From IMG/VR virus record IMGVR_UViG_3300033121_001188: a DNA stretch of 64,000 bases; one strand, given 5' to 3'. Position 1 is the first letter of the stretch; the number at the start of each line of letters is the position of its first letter. The position numbers and the translations under genes were made by a program. Positions 13,789 through 25,731 of this stretch are shown in pieces. The notes beneath the pieces are model-generated. The model ran no database searches. It was not told the DNA's origin and saw only the letters and a program-made list of their open reading frames with translations. This stretch comes from an uncultured virus (IMG/VR IMGVR_UViG_3300033121_001188) (taxonomy: Duplodnaviria; Heunggongvirae; Uroviricota; Caudoviricetes).

Positions 13789-13965
13789 ATAGAATTCAGC
13801 TATGACGACCCCATATCTAACGACAGTTTAGAAATCTAAAACTCCAGAATTACAAGATATATTGGGTAAAGGAAAATTATACCGCGACGCACAGTATTAA
13901 AATCTATTGCAAATAGAAAACAAATCAATAATGTATAGTACTATTTTTAGTACTACACATTTTTT

Positions 13966-15213
13966 ATGTATCAGGCAATTATTGGAAGATTAACAAGGGT
14001 TAGACAGCACCCAAATGCTGATAGACTACAACTGGCCACAGTTTTCTGAAGCCAAGTTGTCGTTTCTACAGAGCAGAAAGAAGGCGATCTTTGAATTTAT
14101 TTCCCACCAGACTGAAGGCTTGGCGAGAGACTTTGTCAAATCAATGACCTAGTTAGAAGAAAAGACGAGCACGGAAACAATGTTTGATGAATGTTCGACG
14201 TCAATAGAAAGGTAAGATGCCAAAAGTTTAGGTGAGAAAAATCGGAATGATTTTGGTCTCCAATTGAATCATTAAGCTATCTCTGAGATATAGAGCGAGA
14301 GGAGGGTCAAATGATCGATAAGATTTGAGACGAGGTAATCTGTGAAAAGTTTTTCAATAAAGCAACGTTAGCGGCCGCCAGTGGGAATAAACAACGCAAA
14401 TGATCGTTGCCCACATTCCCAAAGCACGTTGATACAGAAAATATCAAATACTATCGGGACGATATAAAAAAATGAGACATCATAACAATAACGTCCAAGC
14501 TACATTGAACATCTGCCAGAAGCGGAAACACGTTCGTAGAAAAAAAGCAAAATCGATTCATGAGAATGCTCTGATTTAAGGATACTTTTGTTACTGAGTT
14601 TTTGAACTGAAGCAGGAATGTTATTCTTGCCGATGGCAAACAAGATGGATTTTACAACAGTAATTTTAGAGATAAGGCAGCTAAGCTATTTAGGGATTGA
14701 AGAAAGTGAGAGATATTTTTCTACGAAATAGTGTGATATGAGGGAGACTGAACTATCATGCCAAGAGTAGATATAAAATCCCTAGATAAGGACACGCAGA
14801 AAGACTTGAGGGATGCATGAATGCCAGAAGTAATGACATACCACTATTGATGCGCTCCTTGAACGTCCGAAGTCTATGTATATAGGATAGCAATGGTTAA
14901 TGAAGACGGTCATATGATTGAATATCCACGAAACGAAGTAAAGGCAAGATGCAATCAACTTGGCATTAAACACGTACCAGAGCTGTATCAGGACGTATTC
15001 AAGGGGAATGTCGACGTATTGCAAAAGAGAGTCAATAAACTCCACGACGGACCAGACACAATAGGTAAAACGCACCGAAGAGAGTGAGTGGTTATAAGAG
15101 TAGACAGAGCAAACTGATGAACAGAGTTCTATAAAGCTAAGAACTTTATATTCCTGTCATTAGAGTCGGCACAAAAGGATACAGACGCCGTTGATACAGA
15201 AGAAGCCAGTTAG
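13966..15213 (+). CDS. ATP-dependent RNA ligase with N-terminal OB fold (DRB0094/Rnl2-like)
   Basis: HPNADRLQLA, RGEKSEG, FPKHVDT, SKLHGTS (motif I), YEIVG, HVPEL, EGVVIR, YKAKN. Confidence 0.85.
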
Positions 15214-15403
15214 TTTATAATTTTCAAATAGATATGATAACAAAGACGTTCGACGATATAAATACAGAGGAATTAGATGACTATGTCTGATGCTGTGATG
15301 AATGCTGAGAAACTATATATACACGACAAGAGTATGAGGATTATGGTGGCGTCTTGACGTGTCAATATTGCATTAAATAACTGTTTTATTCTATTTCCTG
15401 CAT

Positions 15404-16273
15404 ATGAAATCAATAATTTTACGCTGATTGCCTGGTATAGGTAAGTCTACATGGGCTAGAGCGCAAGAAGGATACAAAATAATAAGTCTTGATAACATTA
15501 GAAAAGAATATCCTTATATGAAAGAGTGGCAGGTCCACGACGAGCAGGCAAATCAAATACGCTTTGAATATAATTCATACAACGATATTATCGTCGACAA
15601 CACCCACATGAGTCAACAGGCTCTAGATAGTATCAAGGCGTTTTGCGAGTCCGTTGGATACGAAGTTTCTGTCAAAGATTTTATGGCAGAAGAATCATCC
15701 CCACGAAACGCGCACGCAAAAGCAACTGTTCAGAATCAGATCAGAGTTGAAAGAGTACCCCAATCCGTGATAGACAGAATGTTTTTATGAGCCTACAATA
15801 CATCGGTGGATGAGTGAAGAGATAAGATATATATATTCGATATAGACGGAACAATAGCAAATATAGACCATAGACTTCACTATGTAGAATGAGATAAAAA
15901 GGATCGGCACTCATTCTTCTGCTGTCTGCACGAAGACAAGCCATACAAGGCCGTTGTGAATGTAATGAATCACTTAGCTAACGACTTGAATGCCACAATT
16001 GTACTAGTAAGTTGAAGACCAGATAAGTATGACCTTGAGACGGAAAGACGATTACAAAGAAATAATATACCATACGATTACATTCTCATGAGGAAGTCAC
16101 GAGATAAAAGACCAGACACAGAAGTAAAAGAAGAAATATATCACAGATGCCTAGAAAAAGAAAAAGAAAAAATAGTTTGTGTATTTGATGATAGGCAACG
16201 TCTTATAGATATGCGAAGAAGTAAATGATTATATGTATTTAACTGTTCACAAAAATTAGATAATAACTTTTAA
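15404..16273 (+). CDS. pnkp: Polynucleotide 5'-kinase/3'-phosphatase (T4 PseT-like)
   Basis: RGLPGIGKSTWA P-loop, IVDNT; HAD domain DIDGT, VSGR, MRK..D.RPD..VK, VFDDR. Confidence 0.92.
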
Positions 16274-16460
16274 CCATGGACGCACTGAAACTGTTAGGGA
16301 AATTGATTGTGGTGATCGCCATTATACGAGTAAGTATAAAACGATCTGTACGAGTAGAACACACTAAGTATGACATAGCTTGCTCTGTTGCAATGTCATG
16401 AGCGCACGCTGTTGTTTTCCCACTAAAATGACAAATGTGTATCAATAGATAAAAAATCTC

Positions 16461-16488
16461 TTGATTTTCGATTTTATTTCATTATACT
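16461..16488 (+). promoter_or_regulatory. Promoter of the replication operon
   Basis: TTGATT-N16-TATACT followed by a structured leader. Confidence 0.55.
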
Positions 16489-16650
16489 CATCCCAGCCAT
16501 AAGGCGACCATAAACGGTATAGGGTCAGAGCTTGCCAATATTAAAAAAGATTAGGTGGGTATACCTATATCGACACTAAGGACACTTGGACTTCTGACCC
16601 CTAAGTGTCTTTTGTTATTGCAAACATATTTACTTATACGCATCAGCACC

Positions 16651-17688
16651 ATGGAGCAACCAAATTACTATGCCGTCATACCAGCCGAAGTGAGGTATGC
16701 CAACATCAAAGCAAATGCAAAACTACTGTATTGAGAGATTACAGCGCTCGCAAACAAAACAGGTGAATGTTTCGCCAGCAACAAGTATTTTGCAGATCTA
16801 TACTGAGTATCTGAAAAGCAAGTATCAATACGAATCAAAGAACTTGTGCAACATGGTTTTTGTATTAGCAGAATAGAACAATGAGAGGGGAACAAAAGGT
16901 TTATAGCTATAAACCAAAAGGTTATGACCTCTACACCAAAAGGTAAAGACCCCTACCCACCAAAAGGTAATAATAATAATACAAGTATTAAAAGTAAAAA
17001 TAATACTACATATAATACACCAGATGAAGCAGAACAACAACCAATAGATGAAAAATTGCAAAAGCACATGGACCTATTTGTCAAGTTTCGTAAAGAGATA
17101 AAACAACCAATGACGGAATACGCTGTTACGCTGGCCTACAAGAAACTTGAAAAACTTGCCCCAAATGATATAGATATGCAGTGTGAGATTATTAACCAGT
17201 CAATATTATCTTGATGGACGTCACTGTATCCTATTAAGGCATCTGTGGGGAAAGAACTTTCCGCGGCGCCGATTGACGACAAAGATTTCACTCAACTGGA
17301 ATCATTCTACCCGCACGCAAGGTGATATGATCGTAATGAAGCATATGCAGAATATCAGAAACTCTTGCAAATGCACGATAAAAAAATATTATTAGAAGAA
17401 GCTTTACTAACAAAACTAGTAGCGCAGGAGACTGGGACCGAATTCATACCGTGATTTACAAAGTGGCTGAGGTCATTCCAACCGCGCTCACAAGAAAAGT
17501 TGCGAGACGATCTGTCAACAATCACTGATATGATAGAGAGACTTGCATTGCAACCCGACACAGAGCAACATAAGAATTTCTGGACGCCGATATGGGATAC
17601 GTTTGGACGAAAAAGACGGGCAGATATGGTGATGCCCATCCGTGAAGCAAAGAGGAAGGCAAGAATGCAAAAAATATTTAGCGATTAA
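16651..17688 (+). CDS. Phage replication initiator (N-terminal winged HTH)
   Basis: MEQPNYYAVIPAEVRY..AKLLYGEITAL..CFASNKYFADLYG; C-terminal INQSILSGW. Confidence 0.85.
16893..17010 (+). repeat. Iteron-like repeats plus AT-rich tract (putative origin)
   Basis: CAAAAGGT at 16893, 16915, 16937 and 16961, then a TAATAATAATAAT tract. Confidence 0.7.
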
Positions 17689-17702
17689 CCTTTGTAATTA
17701 TT

Positions 17703-19508
17703 ATGCAAGAACGCAAACAAACAATTGCATTCGTCAAACATCTTGCCTGATCGTCTCATACAGAGTTCAATAATCTTACACGCGTGCTGAAGTTCTCTGA
17801 GGCATATGGGTCAGAATGATGCTATTTTGTGTGCTGACTTTCCGAGCACAAAGACAGCCGTTGCAATGATAACGACATTTCCACCAAGAAATATTTCTTT
17901 GTTGATATTGACATAAGAGAGACAATTAAAGATAAAACAGGTACAGTCATAAGCGACGAAGAACTGGACCTACAGATTGAAAAGGTTGTTAAGTGTTTAG
18001 AGTGATGCGGTTATGGTGATTATTGTGCAGTAGTTAACAGCTGAAATGGAGTACACATATATTACTCTGGGAACGAGAGACATATTGACGCCGACGTATA
18101 TAGGGACTGACTCACTTACATACATGACGAATTCAACGAATGTCTGCAAGATACATGATTCTATTGCGATCCGTCTTGTGTTAACATATCAAGAATAGCC
18201 CGCTTGCCGTGAAGTATCAACCTCAGAGCCAAAGAGTGATATGTCATCTGACCAGCAGAGGCGAGGATCTTATTTTTTGAGGAAAGGAATAGTGTCCTAT
18301 TTGACGAGCTAGAGACGTTTGCAGAGTTATACGCAGAGACGCATAAAACAGAAGAAAAACAATATAAAGAGGTTAGGAAGCTTGTTGAAACGTATCAAAC
18401 AAGGTGAGACACTAACGACATCTGGAAAAAGATCAATGATATTCCAGCATACGAGGTTGCTGAAGATTTTCTTAGCGCCAGAGTACAGAAGACGCCATGA
18501 AAACATACACGGTCGTTCAAGGATGGTAAAAAAAATATTGGTATCTATTACTATGAGCCGTACAACATCCTAGTATCGAATGGTACTGGTAGAGTATCAG
18601 ACTCAAAGAGGACATATACTACGTATGAGTTTGTCCATGACGAAATGCTCTGAGGAGACACGGTTGCCACAAAGAGATTCTTTGAGGAGAAGTATTGAAT
18701 AGATTTCGGCAACAAAGACACAATCTCACAGATACCAGTCATTGAGCGGCAGAAGAAAAAGAAATGATACTTGTACCCATGAGAAGTATTTGATGATCTC
18801 GATTGTCTTATGAGCTGAGAACTCGTCATTGTGTGCTGAGATGCTAATGTAGGTAAAACAACTTGGGTCATGGATATTCTACAGGCAAACGACGCAAAGA
18901 AAATTGGATTTTATATCAATCTAGAGTTCGACATTAAATCAGTCGCTCAGTCTAAATGGCTATTCGCACACGACAAAAGGAAAAGAGACTTGACTGATAA
19001 CCTATCGTCTTTATCAAAGGACGAACGGAGAGACATGGAAGACTATGTAGAGAAGTATCTCAGTAGATTCAAGTATTACAATAACCACAACTGATGCACA
19101 ATGGAAGAGCTTATTCAAGTGATGTCCGCTAAGGTACTGGAGTGATTCGAAGTCTTCGTTGTTGATACCCTGTCTAAAATAACATGATTTATAGATGACA
19201 GGTGAGTGCAGCAGCAAGCAAAAATCATTGAAACATTTCAATCGTTCGTACAATCAACTGGTGCTGTTGTTATCTTACTGCACCACACGAACAAGAATTG
19301 AGAGTTTGCTGGAAGTAAGGCGATAAAAAATCGATCAAACGTATTTATACTAATGTCAAGAGACGACGCGTCATGAATACCAGTTACATTATTCGAGTTA
19401 ACTAAGGACAAATATGTGTCTAATGTATCTGTATATGCGGTATATGACAAAAAGACTGGTAAATATGGTCCAGTGTGTGAAGCAAAAAACTCTTGCAATT
19501 CAGAATAA
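17703..19508 (+). CDS. AEP primase fused to an SF4 (DnaB-like) helicase
   Basis: VDID, SGNGVHIY, RIARLPGSIN; GELVIVCGDANVGKTT, NLE, VVDTL, LLHH, GS motif. Confidence 0.88.
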
Positions 19509-19544
19509 AAAAAATATACTAGTATTATTAACATTATCAAACAC

Positions 19545-20207
19545 ATGAAAAACCAAAAACAACCAGTTCAAGAAGCCAAGATGACATTGCCACATAAGCT
19601 ATTAAGCATTCAGGCAATGAATATCGTAATACCAAAAACAAAATTCAACAAGTATCTGGGCAACTATTATGCGCCGTTGGATAAAATTTGTTCGGTGTAC
19701 GTTCCAATACTCACGGGCTTGTGAATATGGGTATACCATGAAACCAAAGACGGAGAGATGAAAACTGTTTTGTACGATACGGAGACATGAGAATCTATTG
19801 ACACAGTATTCGCATTAACGCCGTGAAGATCACAAGAAATAGGTAGCCAAATATCTTATGCAAAAAGATACAATCTATGACAGCTCTTGAATATTATTAC
19901 GGATGAAGACGATGATTGAAATACTAGTTCATGAGTTGACGCTCCAAAAAAAGACGTTGCTAAGTCTACCGAGACACCAGTAACAAAGGAACAAAAAGAA
20001 TTTTTGAAAGCAGTAAAAGATGAACTTGGCGATCAATTCATAGAACAATTGAAACAAGACGTTGGTTGCGAGTCTATATCTGAATATGTCAAAACGTTAT
20101 GAAAATCACAATTCAACAAGCTTGCAACTACTAGCATTATTCCAAAGCTAATAGAATATGCTAAGACAAATGAATTAAAAAATGAAGGTTTGAAAAAATA
20201 TTTATAA
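19545..20207 (+). CDS. ERF-family single-strand annealing protein
   Basis: YAPLD..QEIGSQISYAKRYNL..EDDDG. Confidence 0.85.
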
Positions 20208-20222
20208 CCATATTATAGGAAC

Positions 20223-20534
20223 ATGAACTTTGAGGGAAAGATTGTATTTATGTCTGACGTAACAACTGTAGGACAAAACAACACAGAGAAAAGAACAGTG
20301 GTTTTGGAAGAGACTAAGGAAGAGTATCCAAACAGCGTGGTGTTGGACGTTATTGGTAAAGGAGTAAAAGGAACTAGCGGTCTGAAAGTTGGCGATGTTG
20401 TTATTGCAAGCCTTAGCTTCAAAGCCAAAGAATACAACGGCAAGTGGTACAACTCCGTAGGAGCTTGGAGATTTGAAAAGTCTAGTAACGCTGCGTCAAT
20501 TGCCGACGACATTGATGATGATGAATTATTCTAA
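20223..20534 (+). CDS. DUF3127-like OB-fold ssDNA-binding protein
   Basis: EYPNSV..GDVV..EYNGKWYNSVGAWR with acidic tail DDIDDDELF. Confidence 0.8.
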   Translation: MNFEGKIVFMSDVTTVGQNNTEKRTVVLEETKEEYPNSVVLDVIGKGVKGTSGLKVGDVVIASLSFKAKEYNGKWYNSVGAWRFEKSSNAASIADDIDDDELF

Positions 20535-20569
20535 TTGAACTGAATGTATACGCCTATATTGGCGTATGC

Positions 20570-20648
20570 GTAAGTATGCATGTTGATTGAGTACGGATAC
20601 TTCTTTAGGGTAGAAATTCTCCCGTGCCCTGCTTTACTGCGTACTTAC
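20570..20648 (+). ncRNA. Y-RNA-like ncRNA 1 (short, no tRNA-like domain)
   Basis: GTAAGTATGCA/TGCGTACTTAC terminal stem; TGTTGA..GATACTTC..TTTAC motifs shared with units 2 and 3. Confidence 0.65.
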
Positions 20649-20667
20649 ACATACGTTATTATAAGAT

Positions 20668-20799
20668 ATTGGTTGTTGATATAAAGGGTTACTTCGCCTG
20701 TAACGAACGGATATGGGTTCGAATCCCATTGCGCTGCCGCAAGGTGGCATATAGCTTAACGGTAGAGCAGTAAAATACTCTTTATGCCATTACACCAAT
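20668..20799 (+). ncRNA. YrlA-like Y RNA 2 with permuted tRNA-like domain
   Basis: ATTGGT/ACCAAT stem, TGTTGA, GTTACTTC, T arm ATGGG-TTCGAAT-CCCAT, GCAA-capped acceptor-like stem, then D arm GCTT-AACGGTA-GAGC. Confidence 0.8.
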
Positions 20800-20814
20800 T
20801 ATTTTAAACTAACT

Positions 20815-20930
20815 AGAGGCTGTTGACCAAACAGTTACTTCTGCTAAGAATTATTGGTTCGAGTCCAATAGTATACCTCGGTATACTTAGCCTAATTGGT
20901 AAGGCAATCTCTGTTTTACTTTACGCCTCT
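20815..20930 (+). ncRNA. YrlA-like Y RNA 3 with permuted tRNA-like domain
   Basis: AGAGGC/GCCTCT stem, TGTTGA, GTTACTTC, T arm ATTGG-TTCGAGT-CCAAT, AGTATAC-CTCG-GTATACT stem, D arm GCCT-AATTGGTA-AGGC. Confidence 0.8.
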
Positions 20931-20953
20931 TACATATTAAATAATCTGAAAAT

Positions 20954-21178
20954 ATGACAAAATGTATGTTATGTCTATCTTTGACTCCTAACTCCATCCA
21001 TTGTGACAATTGCATACTGAAATATGACAGATGCAATTGTGGCTTGAGACCAGATTTCGTTATAGACGAACATCCATATTGCACAGAGTGTGCCGATGAT
21101 ATAATTGATGTGCGTCAGTTTGCAACAATACTTGTCATAACTTTATTAGTTATTGTATTTATATCATTCTTCTTATAG
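20954..21178 (+). CDS. Small Cys-rich membrane protein
   Basis: Several CxxC/CxC pairs and a C-terminal hydrophobic helix. Confidence 0.6.
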   Translation: MTKCMLCLSLTPNSIHCDNCILKYDRCNCGLRPDFVIDEHPYCTECADDIIDVRQFATILVITLLVIVFISFFL

Positions 21179-21179
21179 C

Positions 21180-22523
21180 ATGAGATTCCAAGCAGAAGCT
21201 TTGGCGAAAACAACAGTTAATCATCAATGATGAACTTCATACGTACTAGAACCAGAACAAGAGCTGGTTAAGCTTGCGTTGACATCCTTTTGGGACAAAT
21301 CGTTTTATGAAACAATGAGCGATAAGTTAGAGTCGCTAAGAGACTATTGCTCAAAAGTACCAACTCAGTTTTTGTTAAAGCTGGCGGTGCGGGCTAGGGG
21401 TAAATGACTAAGGACAGTAAACCAATGTATGCTCATAGAGTGATTAAAGGATAAGGATTTTGTACACGCATCTCAATCGTTAGTTCAAAGACCAGACGAA
21501 CTATTAGACATGGTATGATATTATGCTCTGATAAATCAACAGCATCCAGACAAGTTAGTGTTAGCTAACAAGTTAAAAAAGGCCATCAAAAATAAACTAG
21601 AATCATTTAGTGAGTACCAGCTTTCTAAGTATAAGGGCAAAGGTAACGTAATAAACCTATACGACTTAGTTAATCTTACGCACGCCTTCTCTCCAGCCAT
21701 AGACAAACTGATGAAATGAGAGCTCGCTCCAGCAGATACATGGGAAGTAGAGCTGTCTAAAAATGGAAACACAATAGAGAGTTGGACAAGACTATTGCAG
21801 GAGGACAAGCTATGAGCGCTTGCCTTCATAAGAAACCTGAGGAATATGATACAGGTATGAATATGACACGATGTTCTTGTTTCTTACTTGTCAAAAGTTG
21901 ATTTTACAAAACTCTTTCCGTTCCAGACAATCCAATCTGTAGACGTATGCGTCAGAGAATGCACGCTGTCAACCAAGTCTCCTCTGTACAAAGCTTTGGA
22001 AGAAAAAATATATGAGAGTTTTGTCAACTTCGCAAAACTGTTCAAAGGCAAGGTAGCTGTTGGCGTGGATATTTCGTGATCTATGAGCTATGCGATCAAT
22101 GAGAAATCGCAATTGCGCAGAAAGACATTAGCTGCTTACTACGGTATGGGGCTCGAGCACTACGGAGCAGATTTATATGCATGGTGAACAGAGTGTTTTC
22201 GCGCAGATAACTGTACTATAGATGACTTCAATATGAAATGATGATGATGAACCGATATAAACTGTTTGCTAAATTGAATAAGGGGCGAGTGATACGATAC
22301 CTTATTTGTTATAACTGACGAACAATCATCAACACCTATGTGATCGTCAGATGTGCCAAACATTATCGTATGGAACATAGCGGACTATAGGCACTCACTT
22401 ATACCGAGCTTTGATAAAGGATATACATACATCACTGGGTTTAATGACGCTCAATTCGAGTTAGTTGATGATCTCAGAGATATAAAATGATTAGTAAAAT
22501 CAATAAATTCTTTATCATATTAA
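21180..22523 (+). CDS. rsr: Ro60/TROVE-domain RNA-binding protein with vWA domain
   Basis: TVNHQGGTSY, QRPDEL, FSEYQLSKY, DLVNLTH, TWEVELS, ALAFIRNLRN, FPF, VDISGSM (MIDAS), GGGTD, ITDEQ. Confidence 0.92.
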
Positions 22524-22530
22524 AATAATC

Positions 22531-23382
22531 ATGAATATACTTAGTTTATTTGATGGAATTTCTTGTGGTAAAGTGGCCCTTGAGAGGGCATGAATTAAGG
22601 TCGATAAATACTATGCGTCTGAAATTGATCAATATGCCATACAGATAAGCTCCAAGAATCACCCCAATATTATACAACTATGAGATGTCAACAATTGGAG
22701 AAATTGGGATATAGACTTTTGAAAGATTGATCTGCTGCTTGCTGGGTTCCCCTGTCAGAGTCGGTCTATTGCCTGAAAACAATGATGAATAGAGGACCCA
22801 AGATGATTGCTTATGTATCAAATGTTACACATATTGGAACACATCAGGAAGCAGAATTCAAATATCAAGTTTTTGTTCGAGAATGTTGTAATGAAAAAGG
22901 AGTTTCTGGTATTTATAAATAAGGAGATATGAGTTGAACCTATTTGCATCAACAGTTCGCTCCTAAGTGCTCAAAATCGTAAGAGGATGTACCGAACTAA
23001 TATTGATGGGGTTATACAACCAGAGGATAAATGAATTACATTAAATGATATATTAGGATTCTACACCTACAATGAGGTACTTAGGCAAGAACAATATAAC
23101 AAGGTAAAGTGACTTGGTGCAGAATATGGGTTTGGTGGATATATATTAAAGGACAATGCTGAGAAGTATGGTACATTGACAGCGTCATATTGACAGATCA
23201 CTGGAAACAGTGCAAAGATAAGATGTAAAGAATGATATAGGATATTAACACCAGAAGAGGCGGAACAGCTGCAAACACTTGATATATGATATACAGCTGG
23301 CATCAGCACAAGACAACGCTATAAAACAATAGGCAATGCACGAACGGTGGACATAGTGGCTCATATTCTATCTTTTTTATAA
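22531..23382 (+). CDS. DNA (cytosine-5) methyltransferase
   Basis: LSLFDGISCG, EID, GDV, GFPCQ, FENV, QNRKR, IGNAWTVD. Confidence 0.93.
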
Positions 23383-23398
23383 TGGAAACTACAGTCAT

Positions 23399-23425
23399 AA
23401 GAGCACCAATATTTTGGTGCTTTTT
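23399..23425 (+). terminator. Intrinsic terminator
   Basis: AGAGCACCAA-TATT-TTGGTGCTTT followed by T-run. Confidence 0.75.
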
Positions 23426-23483
23426 GCTATTGCAAATCAATTATAAATGATTACTATCCGATTGTTTTATTTCCATGTTAAAT

Positions 23484-23843
23484 ATGAATATTATACAAGA
23501 GCTTCAAGCAATAGCCAATAAAGATACGTTTGACAGAAATGATTGTATCGCATTGGCGAAGTTAAGGCTGAAATGATCTATATTATATGGGGACTTTTTG
23601 AAACAATCCGCCACCACGAAAAAAAACTTTGAGGCGTATAAAATATCACAGTATAGGGTTAAGAGACGTGACAATAAAACAGCCAAGGATGCTGAGATGG
23701 AGGCGAAAGAAGACGCAATAGAAAACTATGGAGAGTATGATGAGCTACTTGCTGATGCAAAATTCTACAAAGAGATACTATCAAGTATTGATGCTTTGCA
23801 GATAGCCATCGAACAATCAGAAAAGATTAAAGATAGAGTGTAA
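23484..23843 (+). CDS. Helical hypothetical protein
   Basis: Extends track ORF 23598 upstream through a TGA; follows a promoter. Confidence 0.6.
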
Positions 23844-23900
23844 TTTATATCTATATTACTAGTATGAACGAAAGTATTTCATCTATTATCAGCAACCGAA

Positions 23901-24110
23901 GTGGAACAACCCTATCATCAACATCACAACGCCCTGAACAACAAACGATCCAACCTGATTAAGATTTGCCTTAACTGCCACATCGAACAGCACAGATCGG
24001 AGCCGGTGGCACACTTGATGAGGGGAAAGAAGAAACCAGTGCAGAAAGAAGTGGATCGAGGGCCAGCGGTGAGGTTAGTAAAGCGATTGATAAATATTTT
24101 ATTTCAATAA
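23901..24110 (+). CDS. Short HNH-motif protein (start uncertain)
   Basis: HHNALNNKWSNLIKICLNCHIEQH. Confidence 0.45.
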   Translation: MEQPYHQHHNALNNKRSNLIKICLNCHIEQHRSEPVAHLMRGKKKPVQKEVDRGPAVRLVKRLINILFQ

Positions 24111-25731
24111 ATTCTTTTTATGTTTTTAGATGCAATTAGAATAGGAGAACCTGCTGAGGCTCATAAGTGAAGTGGCGCAAGGACGATATATATCAGACTA
24201 GGTACGCTACATTTTACGGATTGGTGAAGAACCACCTTATCTTTTACTTTCCATTTTACTAAGATTGCCCCAGTGGAATCGCTGATATTGTATTGTTTGC
24301 AAGACAAATTAAAAATGACTATGTCTAGCATAAAAAAACTTGGAATTAATATCAACCAGGATGTTAAAAATACAATGGAACAAAACTGAATATCCATCAA
24401 CCCAGATTGCTGGGAGGGGAATATAAACAGTGAAAGCATACTGAGCATGAAGGTGAAAGATGCTTTTATGTTTACTAAGAGCCGAATTAATCAGAATTAG
24501 ATTATTTTACATCTCCCTTAGAAATGCACATAGACCCAACCATTGTAATATCAGTGATAGCATGACTGTGGATATTCTATTTTGTCATGGCTATTGCGAA
24601 TACAATAATTGACTATACGGGCTTGGAAAAGAAAGTAATTAAACAATACATTATCAAAATGTATTGAGAAAGATGCAAATGATACAAAGATAAATGCACA
24701 GTATGTACTGTGTGGAAGTTTTATGATGAATTTATTGATATTTAGTAATCCATATGACAACACTAGACCCAGCACTAGATAAACTACGCAATAAAGAGTT
24801 GAGTTTTGGTTGCATGATGCGCAAAAAAGATAGGCTATGATACTTAATATACGTTCAGAGCAGTTACAAGTCCTTGATACTTTGATGAACATATTGGATA
24901 TGAAATAGTACAGCTCAACTTAATATGGTTGCAGAGGAGTACATTATATGACACCCTCTCACGTGGGGTAGGCTATGTCATCTTGGTTATCCTAAGCTCT
25001 TGAATAACAAGGTCCATAGTCGAGAAGATACAAGGTGTGAGGAAATGTGAAAGCTACTCATCAATATAGAAGACTTATTGTTGGATATGCAGTCATTCGA
25101 CCAAAACGAACTTCAACGGATGCAACACGAAAAACGACCAAAACTAAGGGAGCTACTTATTAAGTTTGCAGAGTATATTTATTTATATAATTGATAATCT
25201 GATGAAATACCGTATAGAAGACATACTTTTGGATATTATCAGGATTATACAGTTGATAATACTGCTAGGTATCCTAGTATTCATATTATTACTGATTTAC
25301 AAAGTATAATGCTACTCTTTGGACTACTTATTTAGTTATATAATTGATAATCTGAAATGAAAGCAATCGCACTGGCTATATATATATTATGATCCTTTGT
25401 GTATCATTGATTGAGAAAACATGCAGATAAAGACTATAAATACCACCCCATAGATGCAATAATAATATTGATAATGTTTATGCTGTTTGTGCTGACTTTA
25501 GCATTTGAATAACCCGATACACCATGCTAACCCTATTCTGACTACTTATTTACTTATATAATTGAGTGTGTTGCCGTGTTCTTGAAAAAAACAACTTGAA
25601 AATGCCATAGAGATTGTTAATATGTAAGAGCTATAAGTTACGCTAACGTAAACGCTCTTACAAAATAGAGACGGTTAGAAACACATCTGTGTAACTTATA
25701 GCCCCGTCTTTATCCTGTAAGAGCTTTTATT

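Noticed and set aside
20668..20930. Functional permuted tRNA-Tyr/Ser genes or tmRNA
   Set aside because: Acceptor-like stems are closed by tetraloops with no CCA end and sit in a shared Y-like scaffold next to TROVE; no tag ORF seen.
25150..25570. CRISPR mini-array
   Set aside because: Only three degenerate repeats with uneven spacing of about 150-220 bp that contains ORFs; no cas genes.
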